In this document: piece after piece, positions 9,195 through 19,218 of the stretch | How positions within the stretch are numbered: position 1 is the stretch's first letter | Layout: each line of letters opens with the position of its first letter | Assembly: GCA_037441645.1 (NCBI GenBank) | Contig: JBBIRU010000016.1 | Location: 67,042-131,041 of the forward strand | Length of the DNA: 64,000 bases | From: Bacteroidota bacterium | Lineage (GTDB): Bacteria > Bacteroidota > Bacteroidia > Bacteroidales > GWA2-32-17 | Reading direction: 5' to 3' | Made by a program: the position numbers and the translations under genes | The notes under the pieces: model-generated | Databases searched by the model: none | The model's input: only the letters and a program-made list of their open reading frames with translations | Told to the model about the DNA's origin: nothing

Positions 9195-10340
9195 ATGAAC
9201 AACTTTGTTGCCTATAACCCTACCCGTTTATATTTTGGAAAAAGTGTTATTAATTCAATCCCTGAACATCTGAATTCATTTGGAAAAAATGTTTTGCTTG
9301 TATATGGCAAAGGCTCCATTAAAAAGAATGGTATTTATAATGAAATTATAACATCTCTCAGGAAAGCGGGAAAAATCATTACTGAATACGAGGGAATAAA
9401 ACCCAACCCACTTGTCAGCGATGTTGAAAAGGCGGTCTCTCTTGGAATAAAAAACAAAGTAGATATTGTTCTTGCCGTGGGTGGCGGAAGCGTTATTGAT
9501 TCGGCAAAAATTATTGCGTTATGTATTCCCGGCAATTCAGATCCCTGGAAAATAATGAAATACCAGGAAAAAGCCATTACAGCACTGCCACTTGTTACGG
9601 TTCTGACTCTTGCTGCCACAGGAACCGAAATGAACCAGTTTGCCGTTTTACAGAATCAGCAAACAAAGGAAAAAACAGGTTTTGGCTCTCCCCTGGTTTA
9701 CCCGGCCATTTCTTATTGCGATCCCGGTTATACTTTAAGTGTATCGAAAAAATATACTGCATTCGGAATTGCCGATATCATTGCCCATTCGCTCGAAGCA
9801 TATTTTGGCGAGGGCGAAGCTGCTCTTTCCGACCGTTTTGTTGCCGGAATTATCAGTGAAATGGCCGATACAGGACCGAAACTCCTGAACGATTTAAATA
9901 ACTATGAACTACGGGCAAGGGTAATGTGGGCTTCCACCTGTGCACTCAATGGCATGACATTCTATGGGCGTAAATCAGGCGATTGGGGCGTACACGATGC
10001 AGGACATATTTTATCATTGTTATACGATGTGCCTCATGGAGCTACCCTGTCGGTTGTTTACCCGGCCTGGATGAAGTACCATTCCCACAGCCTGGGTGAA
10101 AAAATTCAATGGCTGGGGAAAGAGGTTTTCGGAACAAATTCAACAGAAGAAAGCATTAAAGCATTTGAAAATTTATTTATTAAGCTTCAATGCCCTGTAA
10201 GGGTTCAGCAAACCGGAATTGATATCTCAAAAAAGAATGAAATAGTTGCTCAAATGATTCAGAACAAAGTTTCGGGAATGGCCATAAAACTTGACGAAAA
10301 AGCTATAAGAAGAATAGCTGATCTGGCTTTTGAAAAATAA
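9195..10340 (+). CDS. Iron-containing (group III) alcohol dehydrogenase, butanol dehydrogenase/YqhD-like
   Basis: 381 aa. 'GGGSVIDSAK' NAD(P)-binding motif and metal-binding His motifs ('HSLEAY', 'HDAGHILS...PHG'). Confidence 0.9.
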   Translation: MNNFVAYNPTRLYFGKSVINSIPEHLNSFGKNVLLVYGKGSIKKNGIYNEIITSLRKAGKIITEYEGIKPNPLVSDVEKAVSLGIKNKVDIVLAVGGGSVIDSAKIIALCIPGNSDPWKIMKYQEKAITALPLVTVLTLAATGTEMNQFAVLQNQQTKEKTGFGSPLVYPAISYCDPGYTLSVSKKYTAFGIADIIAHSLEAYFGEGEAALSDRFVAGIISEMADTGPKLLNDLNNYELRARVMWASTCALNGMTFYGRKSGDWGVHDAGHILSLLYDVPHGATLSVVYPAWMKYHSHSLGEKIQWLGKEVFGTNSTEESIKAFENLFIKLQCPVRVQQTGIDISKKNEIVAQMIQNKVSGMAIKLDEKAIRRIADLAFEK

Positions 10341-10449
10341 TTTATTAATGGGAGCAAGATATAAATTGTGAGTATTTTATTAAATACAATAATGACAATG
10401 GTTTTAAATTTTATTGACGACCCCATATAGTAAGGGCTTATTAAAGAAA

Positions 10450-11022
10450 TCAAGGCTCAAAATAAAACTCCATATTTTTATCGGGCATAAAATCTGTTTT
10501 ATTCCAATAATAAATCTTTTTACCATTTTCCATTCTCATACTATCTTGAATGTATGACATCGAATTTATTTTCAAGTTCTCTGGCACAATCAGTTTATAT
10601 GAAGCTTTTTCGAAAGGCTTAGCCCATTTCTGAGTAGTTTTTAATATGTATTCTGCTTTGTTTTTTTCTGTTTTCTGCCTATAATAAACATGGTATTTTG
10701 ATACTCCATATGCTTCAATTCTGACATTAAAAAAAGCGCCCTTTTCGGTTACATTTGTTATTATATTTTTCGAACCAGACCTAAGGTCAGCTGCAAAAAC
10801 AGTATCCACAAATCCATATAAACTATCAATGGGAAACGGATAAAATAAAACCTGATTTATTTCCTTTTTACTATTATTGCAAAAATGATAGATGCCATCA
10901 ACATAAAAACAGTTGTCTTTGATTTCAAATGTAAGGTCTTCTTTATAAAACTGAAGCCCCTGGGAAAAAGAAAACTTTGCAAAAAAAGAAAACAAGAAAA
11001 AAATAAATACAACTATTTTCAC
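10450..11022 (-). CDS. Secreted hypothetical protein (last gene of the TonB-receptor operon)
   Basis: 190 aa with a signal peptide 'FSFFAKFSFSQG'. Overlaps the upstream gene's stop by 4 nt. I recognise no family motif. Confidence 0.6.
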   Translation of the reverse strand: MKIVVFIFFLFSFFAKFSFSQGLQFYKEDLTFEIKDNCFYVDGIYHFCNNSKKEINQVLFYPFPIDSLYGFVDTVFAADLRSGSKNIITNVTEKGAFFNVRIEAYGVSKYHVYYRQKTEKNKAEYILKTTQKWAKPFEKASYKLIVPENLKINSMSYIQDSMRMENGKKIYYWNKTDFMPDKNMEFYFEP

Positions 11023-12125
11023 TTTGTAATAACAAGTTTATTTGTTGCAACTTTTTTCCCATCCAATTCAAGGTTGTAGTAATAAACTCCGGATGCAACA
11101 GAATTATCGTAAGATTTACCATCCCATTCAACTGAATATTTTCTTTCCTTACCTGAAAAGTCTATTGGTAAAATCTTAATAATCTCACCTGTTGAGTTGT
11201 ATATTTTTATAAGAGGATTTAAATCCTGAATATTCTTTTGCAAATCAAATGTTATTGTTGTTCTTCCATTGGATGGATTTGGATAACAAGACAATAAATA
11301 ATTATGATAAATTGAGTTAAATGTTATTCGATTGAGTAATGTATCTAAAACAAATTCATAGTAATTTACTGAATCCGGTTCGATATTTACTGCAGTATCC
11401 AAGAGAATAGCAGATAAAGTATAAATCCTGACATAATGCCTTCCACTTCGTATATAAAAATTAAACCCTCCGGAAGAATCGGTCAAACCTGTAAATTCAA
11501 CATTACAAGTTCCGGACGGCTCATAATAGTTTGCCGGGTTACCAATTTTAATACCGGTGATTGGATTGTGATTCAAATCAAATACTTTTCCTGTAAAATT
11601 GCCCATATATACACTGGCCTGAAATGGATTTAACCCAATGCTGGGTATATTTTCCTTTACCGGTTTATAATAAGTAGCAGGTTGCATATTAAAAGTATCA
11701 AAACATCCATAAGCATAATTTACTATAGATTGTCCGGGAAAAGGGGAATCTATCATGGAATACATATTATTCCCAAACCCGATCTCATCTATATACATCC
11801 CATCTTTTTCAATCCGGATAAAATCTCCGGTTCGATGAACAGACAGATGATGTTGCATACTATCCTGAGTAATTACGACTATATTTCCTGACAAAAAATG
11901 AATACCATTAAAAAATTGAACCGTGTCTGTTGAAGTAATTATCTGATACCCATCAAGAGTTGTATCTGGATAATATACCGGGTCAAAAAACAATTCAAGA
12001 TACCAGGTTGAGTCATTAACCAGGTAAAACTCACTTATTACAGGTGGCAGGGAAATAGGATTTGCTTTTACCAATCCTAAAGAAAATAAAAGCAATAAAG
12101 AAATAATTACTTTTTTCATAGTCAA
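11019..12125 (-). CDS. T9SS C-terminal sorting domain protein
   Basis: 368 aa with a signal peptide. The C-terminal ~80 aa ('CYPNPSNGRTTITFDL...SGVYYYNLELDGKKVATNKLVITK') match the Por/T9SS secretion-tail pattern. A central 'GKVFDLNHNPITG' segment resembles a carboxypeptidase-regulatory domain. Confidence 0.8.
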   Translation of the reverse strand: MTMKKVIISLLLLFSLGLVKANPISLPPVISEFYLVNDSTWYLELFFDPVYYPDTTLDGYQIITSTDTVQFFNGIHFLSGNIVVITQDSMQHHLSVHRTGDFIRIEKDGMYIDEIGFGNNMYSMIDSPFPGQSIVNYAYGCFDTFNMQPATYYKPVKENIPSIGLNPFQASVYMGNFTGKVFDLNHNPITGIKIGNPANYYEPSGTCNVEFTGLTDSSGGFNFYIRSGRHYVRIYTLSAILLDTAVNIEPDSVNYYEFVLDTLLNRITFNSIYHNYLLSCYPNPSNGRTTITFDLQKNIQDLNPLIKIYNSTGEIIKILPIDFSGKERKYSVEWDGKSYDNSVASGVYYYNLELDGKKVATNKLVITK

Positions 12126-12176
12126 TTGGATTATAAAAAACAGACTATTCTAAAGTCTATAAAGTTGCATCACTAA

Positions 12177-13043
12177 TTAATGCAAGATACCTGTTTTTTT
12201 CGAAACTGCCGATGCAATAAAAAATCCCATCACTTCTTTCTTTTTATCCGTCAGGTTTTTCACATTTCCTTTCACGTTCGACGGAGGGCCTGAAAAAGGA
12301 TTACCTGCTCCCATCACTTCACTGAATATAGCGTAAATAAAATCATAATATTCTTTATTAATCGATTTCATTTCCAGGGTAATTGTATCTCCCGGTTTAG
12401 CCTCAATAGTATAAATCGGAAAACCGGGCATATAATTCCCATTAACCATAGCATCATCAGAAAACATCCACTCTCTCAGAGAATCAGATTTTAATTCACC
12501 ATTAACATAATAGAGCCATAAATAATAATCTCCGATGGTAGCAGGTTCCTGTGCCCACAAATTCACCGTTGGTTTTCCCGGTCTGAACGGGTCCTGGCCA
12601 AATGAAATGGAATCCAGGATGGCAACACTTTTCAATAAAGAACTGGCCGAATATTCTTCACCATCATATTTAATATCAACCGTATATAATTTTCCAATCT
12701 CACCAACATAGGTAGGGTCTGTCTGGTAAATTCCAGGCGAAGTTTCGGTTAAAGCAACAACGTTTACGCCGTCGCTTATTGTAACAACTGCACCTGAAAC
12801 TTTTGGCTGTGCTTCGTTTGAAAAATAGTTACTTGTCTGGGTAATTTTTATTGTATGTCTTTTCGCCTCATTGGTTATCTCTCCTTCTACAACAAGTCGC
12901 ACATAAGTTTCTTTCAGTTTAATATCAATCTTTTCCTTACAGGAAGTTATAAAGATTGATAACAATAATGAGATAAAAAAGAAAATATTTATTCTCGAAG
13001 TGCTCATTTTCATATACATTATATACATTTTTATTTTTTTCAT
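12177..13043 (-). CDS. DUF4249-family lipoprotein (usual partner of this TonB-receptor class)
   Basis: 288 aa with lipobox 'FITSC'. Composition and position directly downstream of a CarboxypepD_reg-type TonB receptor fit the family. The exact start is uncertain because of several in-frame Met codons. Confidence 0.7.
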   Translation of the reverse strand: MKKIKMYIMYMKMSTSRINIFFFISLLLSIFITSCKEKIDIKLKETYVRLVVEGEITNEAKRHTIKITQTSNYFSNEAQPKVSGAVVTISDGVNVVALTETSPGIYQTDPTYVGEIGKLYTVDIKYDGEEYSASSLLKSVAILDSISFGQDPFRPGKPTVNLWAQEPATIGDYYLWLYYVNGELKSDSLREWMFSDDAMVNGNYMPGFPIYTIEAKPGDTITLEMKSINKEYYDFIYAIFSEVMGAGNPFSGPPSNVKGNVKNLTDKKKEVMGFFIASAVSKKTGILH

Positions 13044-13138
13044 GTGTTTATTTTTTTATTTTTTATTAAATCGGTCACATGGAATGCCATGATAATCATT
13101 AACTATTGATGATAAATTATATCATGGGCATTTCATAA

Positions 13139-15496
13139 CTAAAAATGGAAATTATAGGTTACTGAAGGAAGGATTGGGAATAAATAATATTTATATGCCT
13201 GTATAGTGTTAGGATCATTTTTCTCGGGCTCAAAACTAATCATCCATGCATTTTTCCGGTTATAGGCATTATAAACAGATATGTTTAAATCGCTGAAAAA
13301 TTTCTTTTCCGGCCTGTCTTTTCCTAATTGAATGGTAGTACCTACATCAAGCCTGTGATAATCGGGCATCCGGTAAGTATTACGTTCTGAATAAACAGGA
13401 ACAATAACATTATTGTATTCAAACCTTCCGGTGGGGAAAGTGGCTGCTGCTCCAGAGGCGTATATCCAGTTTACAGAAACATTAATTCTTTTGCTAATGT
13501 TATAACTTAAAACAATTGAAATATTGTGTGGTTTATCGTAACTGGCGGGATATTCAAGTCCATCATTTATTTCATTAATTTTTCTGAATGCACGTGCCCA
13601 GGTATAACTTACCCATCCGGTAAATTTCCCTTCCTGTTTTCTGATCAGAAACTCAACTCCATACGATTTGGCTTTTCCATACCGAAGTTCACCCTCAATT
13701 TTCTGATTCAGTAACAACTGGGCATGATCTTTAAAATCAATTTCGTTATTTACAATTTTATAATAAGTTTCGACAGAAACTTCAAAGGTATTGTGCTTAA
13801 AATTCCGGAAATAACCAATGGCACCCATATCGGCTATTCTGGGCTTTATGTTAATACTTGATGGGAGCCAGATATCTAATGGCATTCCGCCTGTTGTATT
13901 GGATGCCAGATGCAAATACTGCCTGGTTCGGGAATAAGAACCTTTTACCGAAGATACTTCATTTAAAGAATATTTCATGCTTAACCGTGGTTCAAAACCA
14001 GAGTATGTATTATAAAATTCTCCCTTGGAATATACAGTTGAATCAACAGACTGGTGATTATTATCAAAATTATATACCGTTGAGCTTCCAACGCTTTGAA
14101 AAATGGAATACCGTAACCCGTAATTTAAGGTTAAAACCGCATTAATCTTTTGCTCGTTACTAATAAAAGCTGCACTTTCAAGTGCATTTGAACCAGGCAT
14201 TTTTAATTCATTGATAACTGAATTTTCACCGTTACCTTCAGCAAATCCCGGTTCGAAATGATGATAGGTTGAAACAAAACCGAACTTTATGGTATTCTCA
14301 GGGTTTAAAAAATATGTGAAATCGGGTTTAACACTGAAATCTCTCATCTTTGCTATCCATTTAAATCCCTGCATGGAGACATTCGATTCCAACGAATAGT
14401 CGTAATTACTGAAAAGGAAAGTCATATTAGAAAACAACTTGCTTGAAAAAAGATGATTCCACCGTACAGTTTCGGTATTATTACCCCAGTTCATTCCAAA
14501 TTCTTTACTGAATTTAAATACATCGCGACCGAAATAACCTGATACAAAAAAGCGGTTTTTTTCGTCCAATGTGTAATTTATTTTCATGTTCAGGTCATAG
14601 AAATAAAGCTTTGTTTTCTGCATATTGGTATCATTCGAAAGCTTTAAAAATAAATCGGCATATGATCTTCGTCCGGAAACCATAAAGGAGCATTTATCTT
14701 TAATGACAGGGCCTTCGAGAGTTAATCTGCTGGAAATAGTGCCGATACCACCAGCTCCTGAAAATTTTTTCATATTTCCATCTTTCATCCTTATGTCAAG
14801 TAAAGAAGAAAGTCTTCCTCCGTATTCAGAAGGGATATCGCCTTTATACAGCTTTACGTCTTTTACTGCATCATTGTTAAATATGGAAAAGAAACCCATC
14901 AGGTGAGATGCATTATATACTGTGGCTTCATCAAGAATAATTAAATTCTGGTCGGAACCCCCGCCTCTTACGTTAAAACCCGACATACCCTCGCCCGAAG
15001 CCTGTACACCCGGTAACATCTGTATCGCTTTTATTATATCAACTTCACCAAATAGTGCAGGAATTGCCTTAATTGTTTTGGCATCCATTTTTACCACACT
15101 CATTTCTGCCTTGGTAATATTTTCGTCTTTCTTTTCGCCAACTACAACCACTTCATTTATCATTACCTGTTCGGTCTCAAGCTCCATATTAAAAACAGTG
15201 TTTTGAGTTAAATCAAATGTTTTTGTTACAGTTTTATATCCGATATAAGAATAATTAACCTGGTATTTTCCGGCAGGCAGGTTTATTGAGTAGTAACCAT
15301 ATACATTAGTAACTGTTCCAATGTTTAGTTCTTTAACATAAACTGTAACACCGATCAGCATTTCACCATTGCTTTTGTCTTTAACCCGACCACTGATGGT
15401 ATATTTAGCAGCATCCAGTGCAAATACAGAATAATTACTGCTAACAAATATTAAAATAATCAAGAGAATCCGGGATGTTTTAAATAGTTTTTGCAT
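13139..15496 (-). CDS. TonB-dependent receptor with N-terminal carboxypeptidase-regulatory-like domain
   Basis: 785 aa with a signal peptide. 'ISGRVKDKSNGEMLIGVTVYV...TNVYGYYSI' is the CarboxypepD_reg domain. Plug region ('DIIKAIQMLPGVQ','NVRGG'). Barrel ends '...SVTYNFHF'. Confidence 0.92.
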   Translation of the reverse strand: MQKLFKTSRILLIILIFVSSNYSVFALDAAKYTISGRVKDKSNGEMLIGVTVYVKELNIGTVTNVYGYYSINLPAGKYQVNYSYIGYKTVTKTFDLTQNTVFNMELETEQVMINEVVVVGEKKDENITKAEMSVVKMDAKTIKAIPALFGEVDIIKAIQMLPGVQASGEGMSGFNVRGGGSDQNLIILDEATVYNASHLMGFFSIFNNDAVKDVKLYKGDIPSEYGGRLSSLLDIRMKDGNMKKFSGAGGIGTISSRLTLEGPVIKDKCSFMVSGRRSYADLFLKLSNDTNMQKTKLYFYDLNMKINYTLDEKNRFFVSGYFGRDVFKFSKEFGMNWGNNTETVRWNHLFSSKLFSNMTFLFSNYDYSLESNVSMQGFKWIAKMRDFSVKPDFTYFLNPENTIKFGFVSTYHHFEPGFAEGNGENSVINELKMPGSNALESAAFISNEQKINAVLTLNYGLRYSIFQSVGSSTVYNFDNNHQSVDSTVYSKGEFYNTYSGFEPRLSMKYSLNEVSSVKGSYSRTRQYLHLASNTTGGMPLDIWLPSSINIKPRIADMGAIGYFRNFKHNTFEVSVETYYKIVNNEIDFKDHAQLLLNQKIEGELRYGKAKSYGVEFLIRKQEGKFTGWVSYTWARAFRKINEINDGLEYPASYDKPHNISIVLSYNISKRINVSVNWIYASGAAATFPTGRFEYNNVIVPVYSERNTYRMPDYHRLDVGTTIQLGKDRPEKKFFSDLNISVYNAYNRKNAWMISFEPEKNDPNTIQAYKYYLFPILPSVTYNFHF

Positions 15497-15772
15497 TTAT
15501 TTATATGATTTCAATAATTCAGTATAAGGACAGTATTATTATTTAAAGGTTGCAATTTCGACACAAAAGTATCTTTATGTTTTATTTTCTGAAACATTAA
15601 ACCGATAAATTAACAAAATTTTACGATAAAATAACGAAACAAATGGATAAATATCGCGCCTAAGACGATTCTTTATTTAGAAAGTTACACGTGTACTATA
15701 TATATTTGTTAAAATCCTGATTCCTTTTTAGATTCAGAAATCTGGAACAAACAAATTCAAGTCTGTTAATTC

Positions 15773-17185
15773 TTATTTCTTCCGGTTCACTGCTTTTAAC
15801 CCCTCCTCCAGAAACAATTTTACTCTATCTTCCGAACCGGCCTCGGCGTATATCCGTAACAAAGGTTCAGTGCCCGAGGCCCGTAACATGAGCCATTCAT
15901 TTTCGTTGATAAAATATTTGAATCCGTCGAGTGTTTCCACATGTTCAACTTTCAAATCGCCAAAAGATTTAAACATATTGTTTTTGCATGCTTCAACAAC
16001 AACTCTTTTATGATTTTCTTCGATTTTCAGATCGTAACGGGCATAATAAAAAGTACCTGTAATGGCATAAATTTCTTTAATAATCTGTTCAATACTTTTA
16101 CCCGTTTCAGTCATAAACTGCCAGATGGTAAGTCCCATCCAGATGCCGTCACGTTCGGGGATGTGACCTTTGCAGGTGATACCTCCCGATTCTTCGCCTC
16201 CCACCAGTACATCTTCCTGTAACATCACTTTGCAGATATCTTTAAATCCTATTCGCACACGCTGTACGGGAATGTTATATCTTGCACAAAGTTTTTCCAC
16301 TTTTACGGTACTCGAAAATCCTGTTACCACTTTGCCTCTCATTTTTCTAAATTCAGCCAGGTAATAGATAAGAATGAGAATAATGAGATGGGAATTGATG
16401 TAATTACCCTTACTGTCATATAATCCGATACGGTCGGCATCTCCATCTACCACCAGGCCACAATCGATTTTGCCACTGGAAGCAATATAGTTACTGAATT
16501 CGAGCAGGTTCTTATGAAGAGGTTCGGGAGGAATACCACGAAACGAAGGATTATTTTCGCAATGCAGAAGAAAAATGTCTGGAAAAAGTTTTTGCATAAC
16601 ATTTTGCCCGGCACCATACATGGCATCAAAACCAAAATTGAATTTTGATTTTCTAAGAGCCTCTATATCAAAACCGGAATGTACATGTTTAATGTACATA
16701 TCTTCCAAATCTGTTTCGTTTATTAAACCAGCCTTAACAAAGTCATCCCATTTTATTGAATCAAGAATCAGATCGTGTTCTTCGGGAATAGTGTTTTCAA
16801 TTTCTTTAGTGCTTTCTTCCAGCAAAGGTCCGCCATGATGTCCTTTTAGCTTGTACCCGTTATAATCAGGAGGATTATGGCTTGCAGTAATCATTATACC
16901 CAGGTGAGCTTTCAGTTTAACAACGCCCAGTGAAACGGCCGGTGTAGAAACTTGTCCATTCGAGATAAAAACCTTAATTTCATATGTTGCAAGCACCTTT
17001 GCTACAGTTTCTGCGAATAATTTTCCACCAAATCTGAAATCATATCCGATAACCACAACCGGATTTTTCGATTTGTTATTCAGCCACGATGCAACGGCAA
17101 CAGAAACCCTGGCTACATTATCAACGGTAAAATCCTTAGCAATGATGGCTCTCCATCCATCGGTACCAAATTTAATCTTATTCAT
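15773..17185 (-). CDS. Alpha-D-phosphohexomutase (phosphoglucomutase/phosphomannomutase family)
   Basis: 470 aa. Active-site 'TASHNPPDYNGYK', metal loop 'DGDADRIG' and sugar loop 'GGEESGG'. Confidence 0.92.
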   Translation of the reverse strand: MNKIKFGTDGWRAIIAKDFTVDNVARVSVAVASWLNNKSKNPVVVIGYDFRFGGKLFAETVAKVLATYEIKVFISNGQVSTPAVSLGVVKLKAHLGIMITASHNPPDYNGYKLKGHHGGPLLEESTKEIENTIPEEHDLILDSIKWDDFVKAGLINETDLEDMYIKHVHSGFDIEALRKSKFNFGFDAMYGAGQNVMQKLFPDIFLLHCENNPSFRGIPPEPLHKNLLEFSNYIASSGKIDCGLVVDGDADRIGLYDSKGNYINSHLIILILIYYLAEFRKMRGKVVTGFSSTVKVEKLCARYNIPVQRVRIGFKDICKVMLQEDVLVGGEESGGITCKGHIPERDGIWMGLTIWQFMTETGKSIEQIIKEIYAITGTFYYARYDLKIEENHKRVVVEACKNNMFKSFGDLKVEHVETLDGFKYFINENEWLMLRASGTEPLLRIYAEAGSEDRVKLFLEEGLKAVNRKK

Positions 17186-17186
17186 A

Positions 17187-18248
17187 TTATTTTATTTTTC
17201 TTTTATTCAGCGCCTGCCTGTATTTAGCAGCATTTCGTTCATGTTCGGCCCCGGTTTTTGCAAAATTATGATAACCCGAAAAATCTTCTTTTGCACAAAA
17301 GTAAATATATTGGTGTTTTGAATAATTCAATACAGCATCAATGCTTTTAGGCCATGGAATACAAATAGGTCCTGGTGGTAAACCTTCGTACAGATATGTG
17401 TTATAGGGCGAGTCAAACTGAAGGTGTTTTTTCAGTACCCTTCGTAACGAAAAATCACCCACAGCATAAACAACAGTCGGATCGGCCTGAAGCAACATAC
17501 CTTTATGTAAACGGTTAATATAAACCCCTGCAATTACAGGCATTTCATCAGTTTTCCACGATTCCTGCTGAACAATAGATGCCAGTATGGAAACATCGGT
17601 CTGGGTCAACCCTGCTTCATGCGCTTTATCTTTTCTTTCATCAGTCCAGAAAGTTTTATATTCTTTTGCCATTCGTTTAAAAAACTCATCGGGTGATGTG
17701 TTCCATAAAAACTCATACGTATTTGGAATAATCATAACCAGCACATTGTTTGGAGTAAATCCATAACTCTCAGCAAATGCCCGGCTATTTAGCAATTCCA
17801 TTATAGAAGAAGAGTCGGCTTCAAGATTTGCCCCGATTTTTCCTGCCAGTTCCTCTTTCAGCCTGTATCCGCGGATAACAAGGTTTACAGGTTCCTGTTC
17901 ACCGGAACGAAGAAGGTTTACAAGCTCGTTGTTGCTCATGTTATTTTTTATCTTGTACCGGCCGGGTTTAACATGGTCTTTATAATTTTTATATTCTGCC
18001 AGCCACTCGAAAGAAGCCATATCTACTATTAACTGCTCCCGGTTTAGAATGGAAACCAGGTCGTTGAAATCGGAACCGGTAGGTATATATAAAAATGTTT
18101 TATTATTGCCGAGCTTTACATTAGGGGAATATATTTTCTGATAATAGGAATACCCAACGTAACCACCTATTATCAGCAACAGGAATAAGATACTTAAGAA
18201 TATTTTCAGAATGAACGGAAATTTATTTCTCTTCTTCTTTTTTGCCAT
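17187..18248 (-). CDS. mltG: Endolytic murein transglycosylase MltG (YceG family)
   Basis: 353 aa with an N-terminal TM anchor. YceG motifs 'ILASIVQQES', 'VYINRL...LQADPTV.Y' and 'SPYNTY...GLPPGPI'. Confidence 0.9.
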   Translation of the reverse strand: MAKKKKRNKFPFILKIFLSILFLLLIIGGYVGYSYYQKIYSPNVKLGNNKTFLYIPTGSDFNDLVSILNREQLIVDMASFEWLAEYKNYKDHVKPGRYKIKNNMSNNELVNLLRSGEQEPVNLVIRGYRLKEELAGKIGANLEADSSSIMELLNSRAFAESYGFTPNNVLVMIIPNTYEFLWNTSPDEFFKRMAKEYKTFWTDERKDKAHEAGLTQTDVSILASIVQQESWKTDEMPVIAGVYINRLHKGMLLQADPTVVYAVGDFSLRRVLKKHLQFDSPYNTYLYEGLPPGPICIPWPKSIDAVLNYSKHQYIYFCAKEDFSGYHNFAKTGAEHERNAAKYRQALNKRKIK

Positions 18249-18357
18249 ACTCTAAATTGAAACACAAAGATAAAATGAATAAAATAATCCGAATAAAATA
18301 GGCACCTGTACTTATTAACCATTAATAATTTTTATAATTTTGATTTTTGTGTTTCAA

Positions 18358-19092
18358 ATGAAAATATTCGTTCTTACAATATTTATTATCTCTTTCATTA
18401 TTTCATCCTGTTCCAAAAAAGACCGATGCGGTTGTTTCGATTCAAACGGGAAGACCGAGATTGAAACAAGAAACCTTGCCCCTTTCAGTGAACTTGAGAT
18501 TGATGATGTATTTGATATTACTATACATTTAAACTCCAACCCGGTAATTAAAATTGAATCAGGCAAACACCTTTTCAAGGGAATTGAAACCAAAGTAGAG
18601 AATAACAGGTTAATAATAAAAAATAACAATATATGCAACTGGACCAGAAAATATAACGGGCATATAAAACTCGATATCAGCTGCGATTCTATTTCCTATC
18701 TTAAACTCAATGAAAGTTGCGATATCCGGTGTTCAGATACCATAAAGGCCAGAGAATTCAGATTTGACAATTTTGCCGATATTTCTACCGTAGATATGAA
18801 CTTTGTTTGTTCTACCATGACATTTGCGGTACATGCAGGAACCGGAGACATGAAACTACATGGCAGTGCAGGAGTTTGTTATCTCTGGAGTATGGGTTAC
18901 AGCTATTTTTATCTGAACGATTTTGTAACAGACTATTGTTTTATAATGAGTAATTCTACCGGAAATTGCTATGTGAATGTAACAAAGGAGATTGAGGCTA
19001 CATTAAAAAATTCAGGCAATATTTATTACTCGGGTAATCCTTACAGGGCTGTTTCTGTTGAAAAAGGGAAAGGGAAGCTAATAAAAAATTAG
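18358..19092 (+). CDS. DUF2807 (GIN/adhesin-head-like beta-helix) lipoprotein
   Basis: The ORF track starts at a TTG (18340). I prefer the ATG at 18358, which gives 'MKIFVLTIFIISFIISSC' (lipobox). The C-terminal 'GNIYYSGNP' is typical of the family. Confidence 0.7.
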   Translation: MKIFVLTIFIISFIISSCSKKDRCGCFDSNGKTEIETRNLAPFSELEIDDVFDITIHLNSNPVIKIESGKHLFKGIETKVENNRLIIKNNNICNWTRKYNGHIKLDISCDSISYLKLNESCDIRCSDTIKAREFRFDNFADISTVDMNFVCSTMTFAVHAGTGDMKLHGSAGVCYLWSMGYSYFYLNDFVTDYCFIMSNSTGNCYVNVTKEIEATLKNSGNIYYSGNPYRAVSVEKGKGKLIKN

Positions 19093-19105
19093 AGCTATGA
19101 TACAA

Positions 19106-19204
19106 GATTGTAATCAGTTGTCATACGGTTGTCATACAGTTGTAAAACGGTTGTCATACGGCTGTAAAACAATTGCCATACAGTTGTAATACGGCTGTAA
19201 GAAC
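19106..19204. repeat. Nine tandem 11-bp repeats (consensus GTTGTCATACG) between convergent genes
   Basis: gattgtaatca / gttgtcatacg / gttgtcataca / gttgtaaaacg / gttgtcatacg / gctgtaaaaca / attgccataca / gttgtaatacg / gctgtaagaac. Related units (attgtcatacg actgtaaaatc) occur at 37300-37321. Confidence 0.8.
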
Positions 19205-19218
19205 ATGCTATTTTTATA

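Noticed and set aside
13082-13134. Inverted repeat gaatgccatgat ... atcatgggcatt between the TonB receptor and DUF4249 genes
   Set aside because: The stem is 11 bp with a bulge and a 27-nt AT-rich loop. That is too weak to separate from chance in AT-rich DNA, and no U-run follows.
15497-15772. Riboswitch (e.g. cobalamin) in the 276-nt leader of the TonB receptor
   Set aside because: There is no recognisable conserved core (no B12-box-like sequence) and the receptor is not BtuB-like. Only a possible TACTTTTG -7 box (15564-15571) was seen.
19106-19204. The tandem repeat array as a CRISPR array
   Set aside because: The units are 11 bp and directly abutting with no spacers. No cas genes are present in the window.
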